A DNA stretch of 63,963 nucleotides, counting the filler, from Vicugna vicugna (lineage: Eukaryota), in assembly GCA_013265495.1 (NCBI GenBank). It is 80 parts of 79 records of this genome, joined end to end, with 100 filler letters (N's around TTAATTAATTAA, not from the genome) between each part and the next. Parts side by side here need not be neighbours in the genome. Positions count along the whole stretch, not along the records: positions 23,977 to 25,039 come from MU062384.1; positions 25,140 to 25,987 come from MU062385.1; positions 26,088 to 26,535 come from PNXW01024084.1; positions 26,636 to 27,421 come from PNXW01024085.1; positions 27,522 to 27,951 come from PNXW01024086.1; positions 28,052 to 29,092 come from MU062388.1; positions 29,193 to 29,636 come from PNXW01024091.1; positions 29,737 to 30,661 come from MU062393.1; 72 more parts are not named here. One strand, written 5' to 3'. The position numbers and the translations under genes were made by a program. The notes beneath the pieces are model-generated. The model did not search any database and was not told the DNA's origin. It worked only from the letters and a program-made list of their open reading frames with translations. This document shows positions 23,977-36,183 of the stretch, in pieces (positions within the stretch are counted from its first letter, which is position 1; each line of letters begins with the position of its first letter).

Positions 23977-25039
23977 TTAGAACATGGAATGCAGAACACC
24001 GAATTTAGATTATAGAATACAGAATACTGAAAATAGATGTTAGATTATAGAATGTAGAATACAGAATATAGAATAGAGAATAGAGAAAATAGAACCAAGA
24101 ATTTAGAACATGGAATGCAGAACACAGAATTTAGAATATAGTATACAGAACCCTGAATNNNNNNNNNNNNNNNNNNNNNNNNNNNNNNNNNNNNNNNNNN
24201 NNNNNNNNNNNNNNNNNNNNNNNNNNNNNNNNNNNNNNNNNNNNNNNNNNNNNNNNNNNNNNNNNNNNNNNNNNNNNNNNNNNNNNNNNNNNNNNNNNNN
24301 NNNNNNNNNNNNNNNNNNNNNNNNNNNNNNNNNNNNNNNNNNNNNNNNNNNNNNNNNNNNNNNNNNNNNNNNNNNNNNNNNNNNNNNNNNNNNNNNNNNN
24401 NNNNNNNNNNNNNNNNNNNNNNNNNNNNNNNNNNNNNNNNNNNNNNNNNNNNNNNNNNNNNNNNNNNNNNNNNNNNNNNNNNNNNNNNNNNNNNNNNNNN
24501 NNNNNNNNNNNNNNNNNNNNNNNNNNNNNNNNNNNNNNNNNNNNNNNNNNNNNNNNNNNNNNNNNNNNNNNNNNNNNNNNNNNNNNNNNNNNNNNNNNNN
24601 NNNNNNNNNNNNNNNNNNNNNNNNNNNNNNNNNNNNNNNNNNNNNNNNNNNNNNNNNNNNNNNNNNNNNNNNNNNNNNNNNNNNNNNNNNNNNNNNNNNN
24701 NNNNNNNNNNNNNNNNNNNNNNNNNNNNNNNNNNNNNNNNNNNNNNNNNNNNNNNNNNNNNNNNNNNNNNNNNNNNNNNNNNNNNNNNNNNNNNNNNNNN
24801 NNNNNNNNNNNNNNNNNNNNNNNNNNNNNNNNNNNNNNNNNNNNNNNNNNNNNNNNNNNNNNNNNNNNNNNNNNNNNNNNNNNNNNNNNNNNNNNNNNNN
24901 NNNNNNNNNNNNNNNNNNNNNNNNNNNNNNNNNNNNNNNNNNNNNNNNNNNNNNNNNNNNNNNNNNNNNNNNNNNNNNNNNNNNNNNAATCTAGAATATA
25001 GAATACCGAATACTAAATATAGAATATGAATATAGAATG
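23977..25039 (+). repeat. Satellite S1 (7-bp unit), mostly gap
   Basis: Same 7-mer array on both sides of the N-run. Confidence 0.95.
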
Positions 25040-25139
25040 NNNNNNNNNNNNNNNNNNNNNNNNNNNNNNNNNNNNNNNNNNNNTTAATTAATTAANNNNN
25101 NNNNNNNNNNNNNNNNNNNNNNNNNNNNNNNNNNNNNNN

Positions 25140-25987
25140 ATTGGGTGCATACATATTAACGAGTGTAATATCTTCATCTTGTATGACTCCTTTAAACATT
25201 AAAAATGTCCTTCTTTATCTTTCTTTATGGCTTTTGTTTTAAAGTCTATTTTGTCTGAAATCAGTACTGCAACACCTGCTTTTTTGGCTTTTCCATTTGC
25301 ATGGAATATCCTTTCCATCTTTTCACTCTCAATCTATATGTGTCTTTCTCCCTAAAGTGGGTCTCTTGTATACAGCATATTGAAGGTTCTTGCTTTATTA
25401 TCCAGTCTGCCACTCTATGTCTTTTGACTGGAGCATTTAGTCCATTATCATTTACAGTAATTAATNNNNNNNNNNNNNNNNNNNNNNNNNNNNNNNNNNN
25501 NNNNNNNNNNNNNNNNNNNNNNNNNNNNNNNNNNNNNNNNNNNNNNNNNNNNNNNNNNNNNNNNNNNNNNNNNNNNNNNNNNNNNNNNNNNNNNNNNNNN
25601 NNNNNNNNNNNNNNNNNNNNNNNNNNNNNNNNNNNNNNNNNNNNNNNNNNNNNNNNNNNNNNNNNNNNNNNNNNNNNNNNNNNNNNNNNNNNNNNNNNNN
25701 NNNNNNNNNNNNNNNNNNNNNNNNNNNNNNNNNNNNNNNNNNNNNNNNNNNNNNNNNNNNNNNNNNNNNNNNNNNNNNNNNNNNNNNNNNNNNNNNNNNN
25801 NNNNNNNNNNNNNNNNTTTATAATTTTTTCTTTATTTGTAATTCATGAGTTATCACCTTTCCTGTTGTGAGTTTCTCATTTCTGTAGCTTGCTGTTGCTT
25901 TTCTATTTAGAATAGCCATTTCAATATTTCTTTTAGTGTGGATTTAGTGTTGCTAAACTCCTGCTGCTTTTTTTTGTCTGTGAAACT
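25140..25987 (-). mobile_element. LINE-1 ORF1 end / ORF2 endonuclease fragment, gapped
   Basis: AAAGTCTATTTTGTCTGA, TTTCCATTTGCATGGAATAT and GTGGGTCTCTTGTA are antisense L1 endonuclease. Confidence 0.93.
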
Positions 25988-26087
25988 NNNNNNNNNNNNN
26001 NNNNNNNNNNNNNNNNNNNNNNNNNNNNNNNTTAATTAATTAANNNNNNNNNNNNNNNNNNNNNNNNNNNNNNNNNNNNNNNNNNNN

Positions 26088-26535
26088 AACACGGCCTGGG
26101 GTCTTGGCCGCCGCTTGCCCGTGGCTCGCCTGACGCTGCCGGGCAGTTATGGGGGCGCTGGTGGGGGCGCGCTGCTCGGGGAGCCGGCGGGCGACGCCTG
26201 AGCTGTGCGGCTGGGGAGGCGCCCAGTGAGGGGTGCGGAGGTGAGATCCCGGCCGTGCGGCCCGTTAGGACCCTGAGGCGGGTCCCAGCCGCCGCTGTGG
26301 TTCGTGGTAACCCCGCTATTTGTAGTTCCTGAACCCCCCGTTTTTGCCGCCGCTTATACCCGGGTTTAGGAGAGCAGGTAGAGCCCCGGGAGGTGGGAGG
26401 GCGCCGGAAGGCTCCGGAGCATCTCCGACTGGCCCTCACCTGCTCCGCGGAGGCAAGTGCGGTGCGGTCGCGGGGCCTTGGATGGAATGAGGGCTACCCC
26501 ATGGGAGCCCCTGGATTTGCTCCCATCTTCCCCGC
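26088..26535. promoter_or_regulatory. CpG-island fragment, probable promoter/first-exon region of an unidentified gene
   Basis: Very high GC and dense CpG, non-repetitive; candidate donor GAG|GTGAGA at 26241. Confidence 0.65.
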
Positions 26536-27739
26536 NNNNNNNNNNNNNNNNNNNNNNNNNNNNNNNNNNNNNNNNNNNNTTAATTAATTAANNNNNNNNN
26601 NNNNNNNNNNNNNNNNNNNNNNNNNNNNNNNNNNNGCCAGGAAATGTGGCGGTTGCTGGGAACTGCTCCTTTTTACAATCAGTGTTTGAGAACTGTTTGA
26701 CTCTTTAAAGAATGTATGGTATAACTTTGATAAAAAGAAGTCAAAGATGAATTTTGAAAAATTGATATTAAGAATTGGGGTGTTTATGACAGAGAGAGAT
26801 AACAATCAGACAAAACTACATTTGAAGGGATCCTCATTATTCCTAGACTTTCAGCAAGGACTAGGAGGCAGACATCTGTTTAAGGTTCAAAAAGTCTTTC
26901 TGACCTTCTTGCCGACATGTAACCTTGGGAAGTAATGAACTCCCCGTCACTGTAAATATCCAGGCAGAGGCTGCCTGACCAGCTCTCTAACTGCAGCAAT
27001 GTGTGTTTACCATTGGGCAGTTGGAGCAGGCAACTTCTAACATTCTTTCAGTTTCGAATGTGGCATTTTCAGGACGGATAGTTGACAAGTATGTATTACA
27101 AAAAGCTTAACAAGAAAGAGTCCAAAACACCTCAAACCCATTGCCAGGGTTTTCTCGGCCAGACACAATCCTGAGCCTGCCATCTGTGAGCCAGGCCACA
27201 AAACCCAGTCACATGAGAATGAACACAATTTGTCGCTCTTATCTGATTTGGCATCGGGCTCAGCCCTTTTCCCCATGGAATGGTCCACGCCCAGGTCTCT
27301 GACGATGGAGCTGGACTCACAGCAGCCCTGTGAGTGCTGGTCCAGCCCAAGGGGGTTCCTGTGTGAAGTTTCCAACACTGCAGGCTGTTCTCAGAGCTGA
27401 GTCCCCCTAGGCTAATCCCACNNNNNNNNNNNNNNNNNNNNNNNNNNNNNNNNNNNNNNNNNNNNTTAATTAATTAANNNNNNNNNNNNNNNNNNNNNNN
27501 NNNNNNNNNNNNNNNNNNNNNTCTGCACGAGACACGCAAGCTGCTGAGAATCCCGTGCCCAGCACGCAATCTCCTGGTCTAGAGATTTGCTGAAATCCTT
27601 CAGATGTCAGTGCAGAAAGCATTTCCTCTCTGACACCTTCCCTACCTTCTAGAACCCTGCCCCAGGCAGTGCAAGAGCCGCTCTGGACATATAGTATATA
27701 TGATGCCAAGTGACTCTTAGCATATTGTTTTGAAAACCT

Positions 27740-27870
27740 ATTTAAATTTGTCTCTTCCACCACACACTGTGATCTCCTTGAGGGATGGGGGGCTGTGTGG
27801 TATTTGTCTAGACAGCTAATGTCTAGCACAGACCCCGGCCCATCGGAAACAGTCTGCTGACTCATCAAGA
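27740..27870 (+). mobile_element. L2 3' fragment
   Basis: TTTGTCTCT..ACTGTGATCTCCTTGAGGG..TGTCTAGCACAG. Confidence 0.55.
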
Positions 27871-28051
27871 AGAATTGTCGTCTTTGCGACGTAAGAAAGA
27901 CTAAAGCTTACACCATCCGGCAAGAGTCAAAATAATTTCACATAGAACTACNNNNNNNNNNNNNNNNNNNNNNNNNNNNNNNNNNNNNNNNNNNNTTAAT
28001 TAATTAANNNNNNNNNNNNNNNNNNNNNNNNNNNNNNNNNNNNNNNNNNNN

Positions 28052-29092
28052 CATGTGGATTACTAATCTTTCATTCTCTATTAAAGGAATATTTTCCTCT
28101 AGAAACGTGTATACGTTTTCACAAGCTTTCCCTAACACCAAGTTCGAATTCATGCATTTTTCACAGAAATATTGTTCTCAAGCGATTTCCACGTAACAGA
28201 TGTGTAATTTACATGAATTCCAACAACATGGTATTCTGGGTTCCGTACATGTTGCATATATGACGGATTCGGCAATCATAAGTTTGTGGATTGTGAGCAT
28301 GTGTGTTACTGACCTTTCATCCTCCGAAAAAGGCGTATATAGACTTTGACTTATTTACTCTGACTTCATAGGTTTTTCTATCACCAGGTTCTAAAATCCG
28401 ACATTTGGCACCAGAAAACACTCTTTGAGCGAAATCTCACCAATACACATGTAATTTACATTGTTTACATAACCATGGCATTCCGTATTACGAACATGTT
28501 TCATGCATCACGGATTCCTCAAACATGCATTTCTGAGTTNNNNNNNNNNNNNNNNNNNNNNNNNNNNNNNNNNNNNNNNNNNNNNNNNNNNNNNNNNNNN
28601 NNNNNNNNNNNNNNNNNNNNNNNNNNNNNNNNNNNNNNNNNNNNNNNNNNNNNNNNNNNNNNNNNNNNNNNNNNNNNNNNNNNNNNNNNNNNNNNNNNNN
28701 NNNNNNNNNNNNNNNNNNNNNNNNNNNNNNNNNNNNNNNNNNNNNNNNNNNNNNNNNNNNNNNNNNNNNNNNNNNNNNNNNNNNNNNNNNNNNNNNNNNN
28801 NNNNNNNNNNNNNNNNNNNNNNNNNNNNNNNNNNNNNNNNNNNNNNNNNNNNNNNNNNNNNNNNNNNNNNNNNNNNNNNNNNNNNNNNNNNNNNNNNNNN
28901 NNNNNNNNNNNATTGTTCTCGAGCGATTTCCACCTAACAGATGTGTAATTTACATGAATTCCAACAACATGGCATTCCGGGTTCCATACATGCTACATGT
29001 ATGAAGGATTTGGCAAGCATGAGTTTCTGAATTGTGAGCATGTGGAATACTGAACTTTCATCCACCAAACAAGGTGTATATAGGCTTAGAAA
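28052..29092 (-). repeat. Satellite S3a, gapped
   Basis: Reverse complement of the A/B monomers. Confidence 0.95.
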
Positions 29093-29192
29093 NNNNNNNN
29101 NNNNNNNNNNNNNNNNNNNNNNNNNNNNNNNNNNNNTTAATTAATTAANNNNNNNNNNNNNNNNNNNNNNNNNNNNNNNNNNNNNNNNNNNN

Positions 29193-29636
29193 TCTCCATG
29201 GGATGTGGAGGTTATTAACCAAAAACCCACAAGCTGGGAATACCTGTGCTCATTGAAAATGCGTGTACTCTGTTTCCCCACCTCCAGCACACACATGAAG
29301 AAGTGTTCTGGTATCCTGAGTGTGGGGAGGCACCTCCAACTGACAGCAGCATCTGGGATCTAATAGGATCCCTTAGGTTGACTTCCCTGTGTGTTTTCCA
29401 AGGACCGGCTGGGAGCGAAAAAAGCCAAGTAATATCGAGTGTCTCTCTATGAGCAGTAGAGGTGTTTAAAGTACATTACCTCACTGGGAACACCTGTGCC
29501 CCCATAAAGTTTTGTGTACAATGTATTCCCAACACCAGCACACACACAAAGAGATGTTCAGGTTTCCTGAGTGTGGGGAGTCTGCTCCAACTGACAGCGG
29601 CGCCTGGGTTCTAATAGAATCCCTTAGCTTGTCTTC
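29193..29636 (+). repeat. Satellite S2b (one 251-bp monomer)
   Basis: CCTGAGTGTGGGGAG at 29315 and 29566. Confidence 0.92.
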
Positions 29637-29736
29637 NNNNNNNNNNNNNNNNNNNNNNNNNNNNNNNNNNNNNNNNNNNNTTAATTAATTAANNNNNNNN
29701 NNNNNNNNNNNNNNNNNNNNNNNNNNNNNNNNNNNN

Positions 29737-30661
29737 ATATCCCAGTGACCGAGGCTGACACCCCAAGGTCAGGGAAGTTATATCCCAGACTTCCACAATG
29801 AGGGAACACCTGTGAATGAAGAGAGCTTCGTGGAGTTGTCTCTCGAGCTCCCCCACGCACTGAAAATGGTTCCGGAATACTGAGCGTGGGGAGGTTCCGC
29901 CAACCGTCGGCAGCGCGTGGGTTCTAANNNNNNNNNNNNNNNNNNNNNNNNNNNNNNNNNNNNNNNNNNNNNNNNNNNNNNNNNNNNNNNNNNNNNNNNN
30001 NNNNNNNNNNNNNNNNNNNNNNNNNNNNNNNNNNNNNNNNNNNNNNNNNNNNNNNNNNNNNNNNNNNNNNNNNNNNNNNNNNNNNNNNNNNNNNNNNNNN
30101 NNNNNNNNNNNNNNNNNNNNNNNNNNNNNNNNNNNNNNNNNNNNNNNNNNNNNNNNNNNNNNNNNNNNNNNNNNNNNNNNNNNNNNNNNNNNNNNNNNNN
30201 NNNNNNNNNNNNNNNNNNNNNNNNNNNNNNNNNNNNNNNNNNNNNNNNNNNNNNNNNNNNNNNNNNNNNNNNNNNNNNNNNNNNNNNNNNNNNNNNNNNN
30301 NNNNNNNNNNNNNNNNNNNNNNNNNNNNNNNNNNNNNNNNNNNNNNNNNNNNNNNNNNNNNNNNNNNNNNNNNNNNNNNNNNNNNNNNNNNNNNNNNNNN
30401 NNNNNNNNNNNNNNNNNNNNNNNNNNNNNNNNNNNNNNNNNNNNNNNNNNNNNNNCCCCTGAGGGTTTTCCTAATGTCTCTGAGCCAGGGAATGTTAGGG
30501 GGGTTTGCAGGATATCCCAGTGACATACGCTTCCTCCCCAAGTTCAGGGAAGGTATTTCCCGGTCTTCCCCGAAATGGGAAATCCTGTGAATGAAGAGAG
30601 CTTGTGGAGTTGTCTTTCAAGCTCCCCCACGCACTGACAATTGTTCCAGAATCCTGAGCGT
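29737..30661 (-). repeat. Satellite S2a (267 bp), gapped
   Basis: Reverse complement of the monomer. Confidence 0.96.
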
Positions 30662-30761
30662 NNNNNNNNNNNNNNNNNNNNNNNNNNNNNNNNNNNNNNN
30701 NNNNNTTAATTAATTAANNNNNNNNNNNNNNNNNNNNNNNNNNNNNNNNNNNNNNNNNNNN

Positions 30762-31205
30762 AGCAACATGGATGGACCTAGAAATTATCATACTAAGTGA
30801 AGTAAGACGGACAGAGAAAAAAATACCAGATGATATCACTTATATGTAGAATCTAAAATATGATACAAATGAACATATTTACAAAACAGAGACAACTCAC
30901 AGACATAGAAAACAAACTTTTGGTTACCAAAGGGGAAATTGAGTAAGGGAAGGATAAACTAGGTGTTTAGGATTAGCAGATACAAGCTACTATATATAAA
31001 ATAGATAAATAACAAGGACATATTGTATAGCAGAGGGAACTATATTCAATATCTTGTAATAGCTTATAATGAAAAAATAGCTTATAAAAAATCTGAAAAA
31101 AGAGTATATATATGTATATGTAACTAAACCACTATGCTGTACACCAGAAACTAACACAACATTGTAAATCAACTGTACTTCAATTAAAAAAAGAAAAGAA
31201 AGAAA
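30762..31205 (+). mobile_element. LINE-1 3' end with A-rich tail
   Basis: GCAACATGGATGGACCTAGAAATTATCATACTAAGTGAAGTAAG...TAAATCAACTGTACTTCAATTAAAAAAAGAAAAG. Confidence 0.95.
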
Positions 31206-31376
31206 TGGCTGGTACTTGTGTGCGCACCATCTTGTGCTGTTGAAACTTGAGATGACCATTCCCGTTTGTGAGGAATNNNNNNNNNNNNNNNNNNNNNNNN
31301 NNNNNNNNNNNNNNNNNNNNTTAATTAATTAANNNNNNNNNNNNNNNNNNNNNNNNNNNNNNNNNNNNNNNNNNNN

Positions 31377-32117
31377 CCTTGACATCACCTTGAGTAATTT
31401 CCTTTGAATATTCATGTTACCATACCCTTTTTGTGTTGTTTGATTGATTGATTCTTTCTTGGTCTGCTTCTCGTTTGTTTTGCAAACACGTCAGTCCATG
31501 CATCTCTCCGTTTGCTTCCAACAGAGAGTCATATAAGCTGACTCCCTTAAGATAGTGCTTCCAATCCCCTATGATTTACTGCTTCCCTCTCCCAACTTTA
31601 GAGTTTTGATGTCCTCCTTGCCTTCTTCTTGTTTCTTCTTTTCCACTCATGCTCTACTTGCATTTCCAATAAGGGTTTTCTTCTTTCCATTTCATCTTGC
31701 AGCTTATTCCTTCAGGGGAAAATTCTCAAAATTTCTTTTAGGATAAGTTTCGAACTGCTGAATTCTTTTAAGATTTGCAGGTCTGTGGCATACTCTAGCT
31801 CTGCTGTTATTAGAAATGGTGGTCATCTGGCATAGGCTACCCTAGATGGCAGCATTTTGCCATTCAAGCTATGGTCTATGTCCTGGCACTCCTCCCTGTC
31901 CTGCAATATTGCTGCTGAGATAGCAGCTGAAACCCCTCTGGAGGTTCCCTTGTGACTATGTTGCTTTCCTCCAGGCGCATTTTAAATCACTGGGATGCTC
32001 ATGAACCTTGTTGATTTGGATCATACAGCAATGAACCTTGTTGGATCATACAGCTGCTGCTAAGTGTATTGTGATTCCACCTCTTATGGACGCTGTGTAC
32101 TTCCTGAATTCGCCTAG
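31377..32117 (-). mobile_element. Strongly diverged LINE-1 ORF1-region fragment
   Basis: CACTCCTCCCTGTCCTGCAATATTGCTGCTGAGATAGCAGCTGA..GGTTCCCTTGT resembles antisense L1 ORF1. Confidence 0.7.
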
Positions 32118-33478
32118 NNNNNNNNNNNNNNNNNNNNNNNNNNNNNNNNNNNNNNNNNNNNTTAATTAATTAANNNNNNNNNNNNNNNNNNNNNNNNNNN
32201 NNNNNNNNNNNNNNNNNCCCGCTGTTGGGGGAAATCAGTGCGGTTGGTGGAAATCCTCCAGCAAGGTCTGCTCGAGTTGAAATGACACACGTGCTCAGAA
32301 ATTATACCGTCAGCACCCCTGGGCTCCCATGGACTGATTTCCCATTAACCAAACTCATCACACACTGATGAAAGAAAACCAGAAACTTAAATTACTAAAG
32401 TAACAGAAGATGTGAAACTATGAACCAGACTGAAATATCAGAGTTCAACCATGAGTACATTTTCTCCTCCACCGCCCAATCACGGGCAGGCAGTCACATG
32501 GCAAACAGAAGCACAGCAGGAAGGGATTCTAGATTAACTCAATGGACTAGATTTCTGTTATAAGAACTGATATACTGCCTGGAAAACAATTAACGCCAAT
32601 CACAGTGCACTTTCCGTGGACAGTGGCCAAGATACGACTATGAGCACCTGTGTAACTCTCCTTTCCCTGTCCTTTCTGGGCTAACTTATGCACAGGGGTA
32701 CATAGATTCAGGGATACAGATAACGCTAAACACCCAAAGCCCATCTCTGGTAGCCTCAAAACAAGACANNNNNNNNNNNNNNNNNNNNNNNNNNNNNNNN
32801 NNNNNNNNNNNNNNNNNNNNNNNNNNNNNNNNNNNNNNNNNNNNNNNNNNNNNNNNNNNNNNNNNNNNNNNNNNNNNNNNNNNNNNNNNNNNNNNNNNNN
32901 NNNNNNNNNNNNNNNNNNNNNNNNNNNNNNNNNNNNNNNNNNNNNNNNNNNNNNNNNNNNNNNNNNNNNNNNNNNNNNNNNNNNNNNNNNNNNNNNNNNN
33001 NNNNNNNNNNNNNNNNNNNNNNNNNNNNNNNNNNNNNNNNNNNNNNNNNNNNNNNNNNNNNNNNNNNNNNNNNNNNNNNNNNNNNNNNNNNNNNNNNNNN
33101 NNNNNNNNNNNNNNNNNNNNCACCTGTTAAAACCGCGTGAGGGGATGCCTCCTAACCACTCCTCTGGGCCATGGAGAGTGCTTCTCCCTTCACACCCCTG
33201 GCCCCTGGCCCACAGCTAGCCTTCATCACAGTAACAGAGTGAGGTGTGAGTCTGGGAAGACAAGCAGAGCATTTGAAACCCTTCCTTTCCCTCCAGTGTT
33301 TGTTACCATTGGGAAGCACCCGGGATGCTCAGTTCCATGGCAGTAAAGCCCTGTGCATGAAGGGGCAGGTCCTCTCAANNNNNNNNNNNNNNNNNNNNNN
33401 NNNNNNNNNNNNNNNNNNNNNNTTAATTAATTAANNNNNNNNNNNNNNNNNNNNNNNNNNNNNNNNNNNNNNNNNNNN

Positions 33479-33880
33479 ATTCGACAAACATGCATTCCTG
33501 AATTGGGATCATGTGGATTACTTTTCTTTCATCCTCAATATAAGGAATATTTTCATCAAGTAACGTGTACTCATTTTCACAAGCTTTTCCTAACACCAGA
33601 TTCGAATTCGTGCATTTTTCACAGAAAAATACTTCTGGAGTGATTTACACCTAATAGATATGTAATTTACTTAAATTCGATNNNNNNNNNNNNNNNNNNN
33701 NNNNNNNNNNNNNNNNNNNNNNNNNNNNNNNNNNNNNNNNNNNNNNNNNNNNGGATTACTGACCTTCACCAAACAAGGCATATATACACTTAGAAATATT
33801 TACTCTGACTTGATAGTTTTTTTCTATCACCAGGTTCTAAAATCAGACATTTTGAACCAGAAAACTCTCGTTGAGTTGAG
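33479..33880 (-). repeat. Satellite S3a
   Basis: Reverse complement of the A/B monomers. Confidence 0.94.
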
Positions 33881-34013
33881 NNNNNNNNNNNNNNNNNNNN
33901 NNNNNNNNNNNNNNNNNNNNNNNNTTAATTAATTAANNNNNNNNNNNNNNNNNNNNNNNNNNNNNNNNNNNNNNNNNNNNGGCTGAGAATTATTTTGATT
34001 TAAAATAGACTTT

Positions 34014-34884
34014 GTTGGGCCCTGCGCCCGCCTCCTGCCTGCTTTCCTGCCGCTGCACTGGGGGCCTGGAACTGGGATCCGTGCATCCTGGAGACGAGGG
34101 TGGAGACGCCAGGCTGGGGTGCTGGATGCTGCTCTGCTTCAGGTTCCTGCTCGCTGGGGGCAGCGTCACGTGGCGCGTCGGAGACTGCGTTCTCTGCACG
34201 CAGGAACTGGTGCTCATTCATGGTGACCTGCGCCGTCTCGTGCCATGTGCAGAATGGCTCCTACCTTCAGTGAGTGCCGCAGAATTGCCCTTGGCCTCTG
34301 AGCTGCCCTGGGAACAGCTACAGAACTGTGGTGAGACCCGCACACAAGGTGACATACAAGACAGTGATGGCCTGCGAGTGGAGGTGATGCCCTGGGCACA
34401 TGGGGGTGAGCTGTGGGGCAGTTTCAAGCTCCTCAGGCCCCGTGGAGCCCGGGTGGCTGGGCAGCACCGTGCAACGGATGGCATTTTGGCCCGTAGCCTT
34501 CTCAGGTTGTCTCAACTGCAGCGAAGTGTCGGAGCTGATGGAGTGGCTGAAGCTGCTAGAGGTCAAGGTAGCAGTGCTGACTGCCACCAAGTGGGCAGTG
34601 CCCCTGACCCCAGTTGCCCCCGACCCCAGTTGCTGCCAAGGACCCCGCCCTGATCTGGGGCTCCCCAGCTGTCCAGGGCAGCCCTGGAGATGGAAGCTTC
34701 CAGAGAAAATGTGAAGGCCTCACTGTTCCTGGAGATGATTGAGTTGGTGCCTGGGTGCTTCATGGGCCCAGGCAGCTTGGGCCAGTGGGGATGAGGGGCC
34801 TGCCAGGTCTGCAGAGCCCCCAAAGGAGCCCTGGCCAGACCGGAGCTGTGGGTGCCCCTAGAGAGAGGGGACCTCCAGGCCCTC
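34014..34884 (+). pseudogene. EMID1: Processed pseudogene of EMI domain-containing protein 1 (signal peptide, EMI domain, coiled coil, start of collagen domain), cut off at the scaffold end
   Basis: Stitched translation: WMLLCFRFLLAGGSVTWRVG / FSARRNWCSFMVTCAVSCHVQNGSYLQ*VPQNCPWPLSCPGNSYRTVVRPAHKVTYKTVMACEWR*CPGHMGVSC...AFSGCLNCSEVSELMEWLKLLEVKV...QGSPGDG...GPVGMRGLPG...GAVGAPRERGPPGP. This matches EMID1 as recalled. No introns, stops at 34271 and 34385, frameshifts near 34185 and 34620, no start ATG found. Confidence 0.92.
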
Positions 34885-34984
34885 NNNNNNNNNNNNNNNN
34901 NNNNNNNNNNNNNNNNNNNNNNNNNNNNTTAATTAATTAANNNNNNNNNNNNNNNNNNNNNNNNNNNNNNNNNNNNNNNNNNNN

Positions 34985-35448
34985 TTTTCCATATTCTGTT
35001 TTCCATATTCTAAATTCTGTGTTCTACATACTATATTCTGTATTCAATATTCTGTATTCCGTAATCTATACTCTATATTCGGTGTTCTACATTGTATATT
35101 CTAAATTCTATATTCAGTATTCTGTTTTCTATATTCTAAATTCTGTGTTCTGCATTCCATTTTCTCAATTCTGGGTTTTGTATTCTGTTTTCCATATTCT
35201 ATATTCTGTGCAGTACATTCTATATTCTAAATTCTATATTCAGTATTCTGTATTCTATAATCTAAATTCTGTGCTCTGCATTCCATATTACAAATTCTGG
35301 GTTCTATTTTCTCTATTCTCTATTCTAATTTCGGTGTAATATTCTCTATTCTAATTTCGGTGTTCTTCATTCAATATTCTAAATTCTATATAAAATATTT
35401 TTAATTCTATATACTAAATTCTGTGTTCTACATTATATATTCGAAATT
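34985..35448 (-). repeat. Satellite S1 (7-bp unit)
   Basis: ATATTCT array (reverse complement). Confidence 0.97.
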
Positions 35449-35548
35449 NNNNNNNNNNNNNNNNNNNNNNNNNNNNNNNNNNNNNNNNNNNNTTAATTAA
35501 TTAANNNNNNNNNNNNNNNNNNNNNNNNNNNNNNNNNNNNNNNNNNNN

Positions 35549-36046
35549 CCATCAACATGATAATCCGTATTCCGTACATGCTACATGCATGACCGAGTTG
35601 ACAAACATGCATTCCTTAGTTGAGAGCATGTGGATTTGTGATCTTTCTTCCTCTATAAAAGGAATATTTTCATCTAGACACGTGTACTCATTTTCACAAG
35701 CTTTTCCTAACTCCAGTTTCGAATTCGTGCATTTTTCACAGAAATATACTTCTGCAGCGATTCCCATCTAACAGATATGTAATTTACATGAATTCCATCA
35801 ACATGGCATTCCGGGATCCGTACATGCTACATGCATGATGGATTCGGCAAACATCCGTTTCTGAGTTGTGAGCATGTGGATTACTGACCTTTCATCCACC
35901 AAGCAAGGCATATATACTCTTTGAAATATTTACGAGATTTTGCCCCAGAAAACACTCTTTGAGCAAATTCTCACCAATACACATGTAATTTACATTGTCT
36001 ACATAACCATGGCATTCCGTATTCTGAACATGTTTATACATCAAGG
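35549..36046 (-). repeat. Satellite S3a (abuts an L1 fragment)
   Basis: Reverse complement monomers with a short deletion near 35935. Confidence 0.94.
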
Positions 36047-36083
36047 AGTGGGCATACAGGGAACATATCTCAGCATCATGAAA
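36047..36083 (+). mobile_element. LINE-1 ORF2 (RT region) fragment fused to satellite S3a
   Basis: GTGGGCATACAGGGAACATATCTCAGCATCATGAAA = VGIQGTYLSIMK, matching the L1 GIEGTYLNIIK motif. Confidence 0.75.
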
Positions 36084-36183
36084 NNNNNNNNNNNNNNNNN
36101 NNNNNNNNNNNNNNNNNNNNNNNNNNNTTAATTAATTAANNNNNNNNNNNNNNNNNNNNNNNNNNNNNNNNNNNNNNNNNNNN

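Noticed and set aside
34012..34653. 213-aa ORF as an intact gene
   Set aside because: Only the signal-peptide part is in the EMID1 frame; the rest is an off-frame reading of the pseudogene
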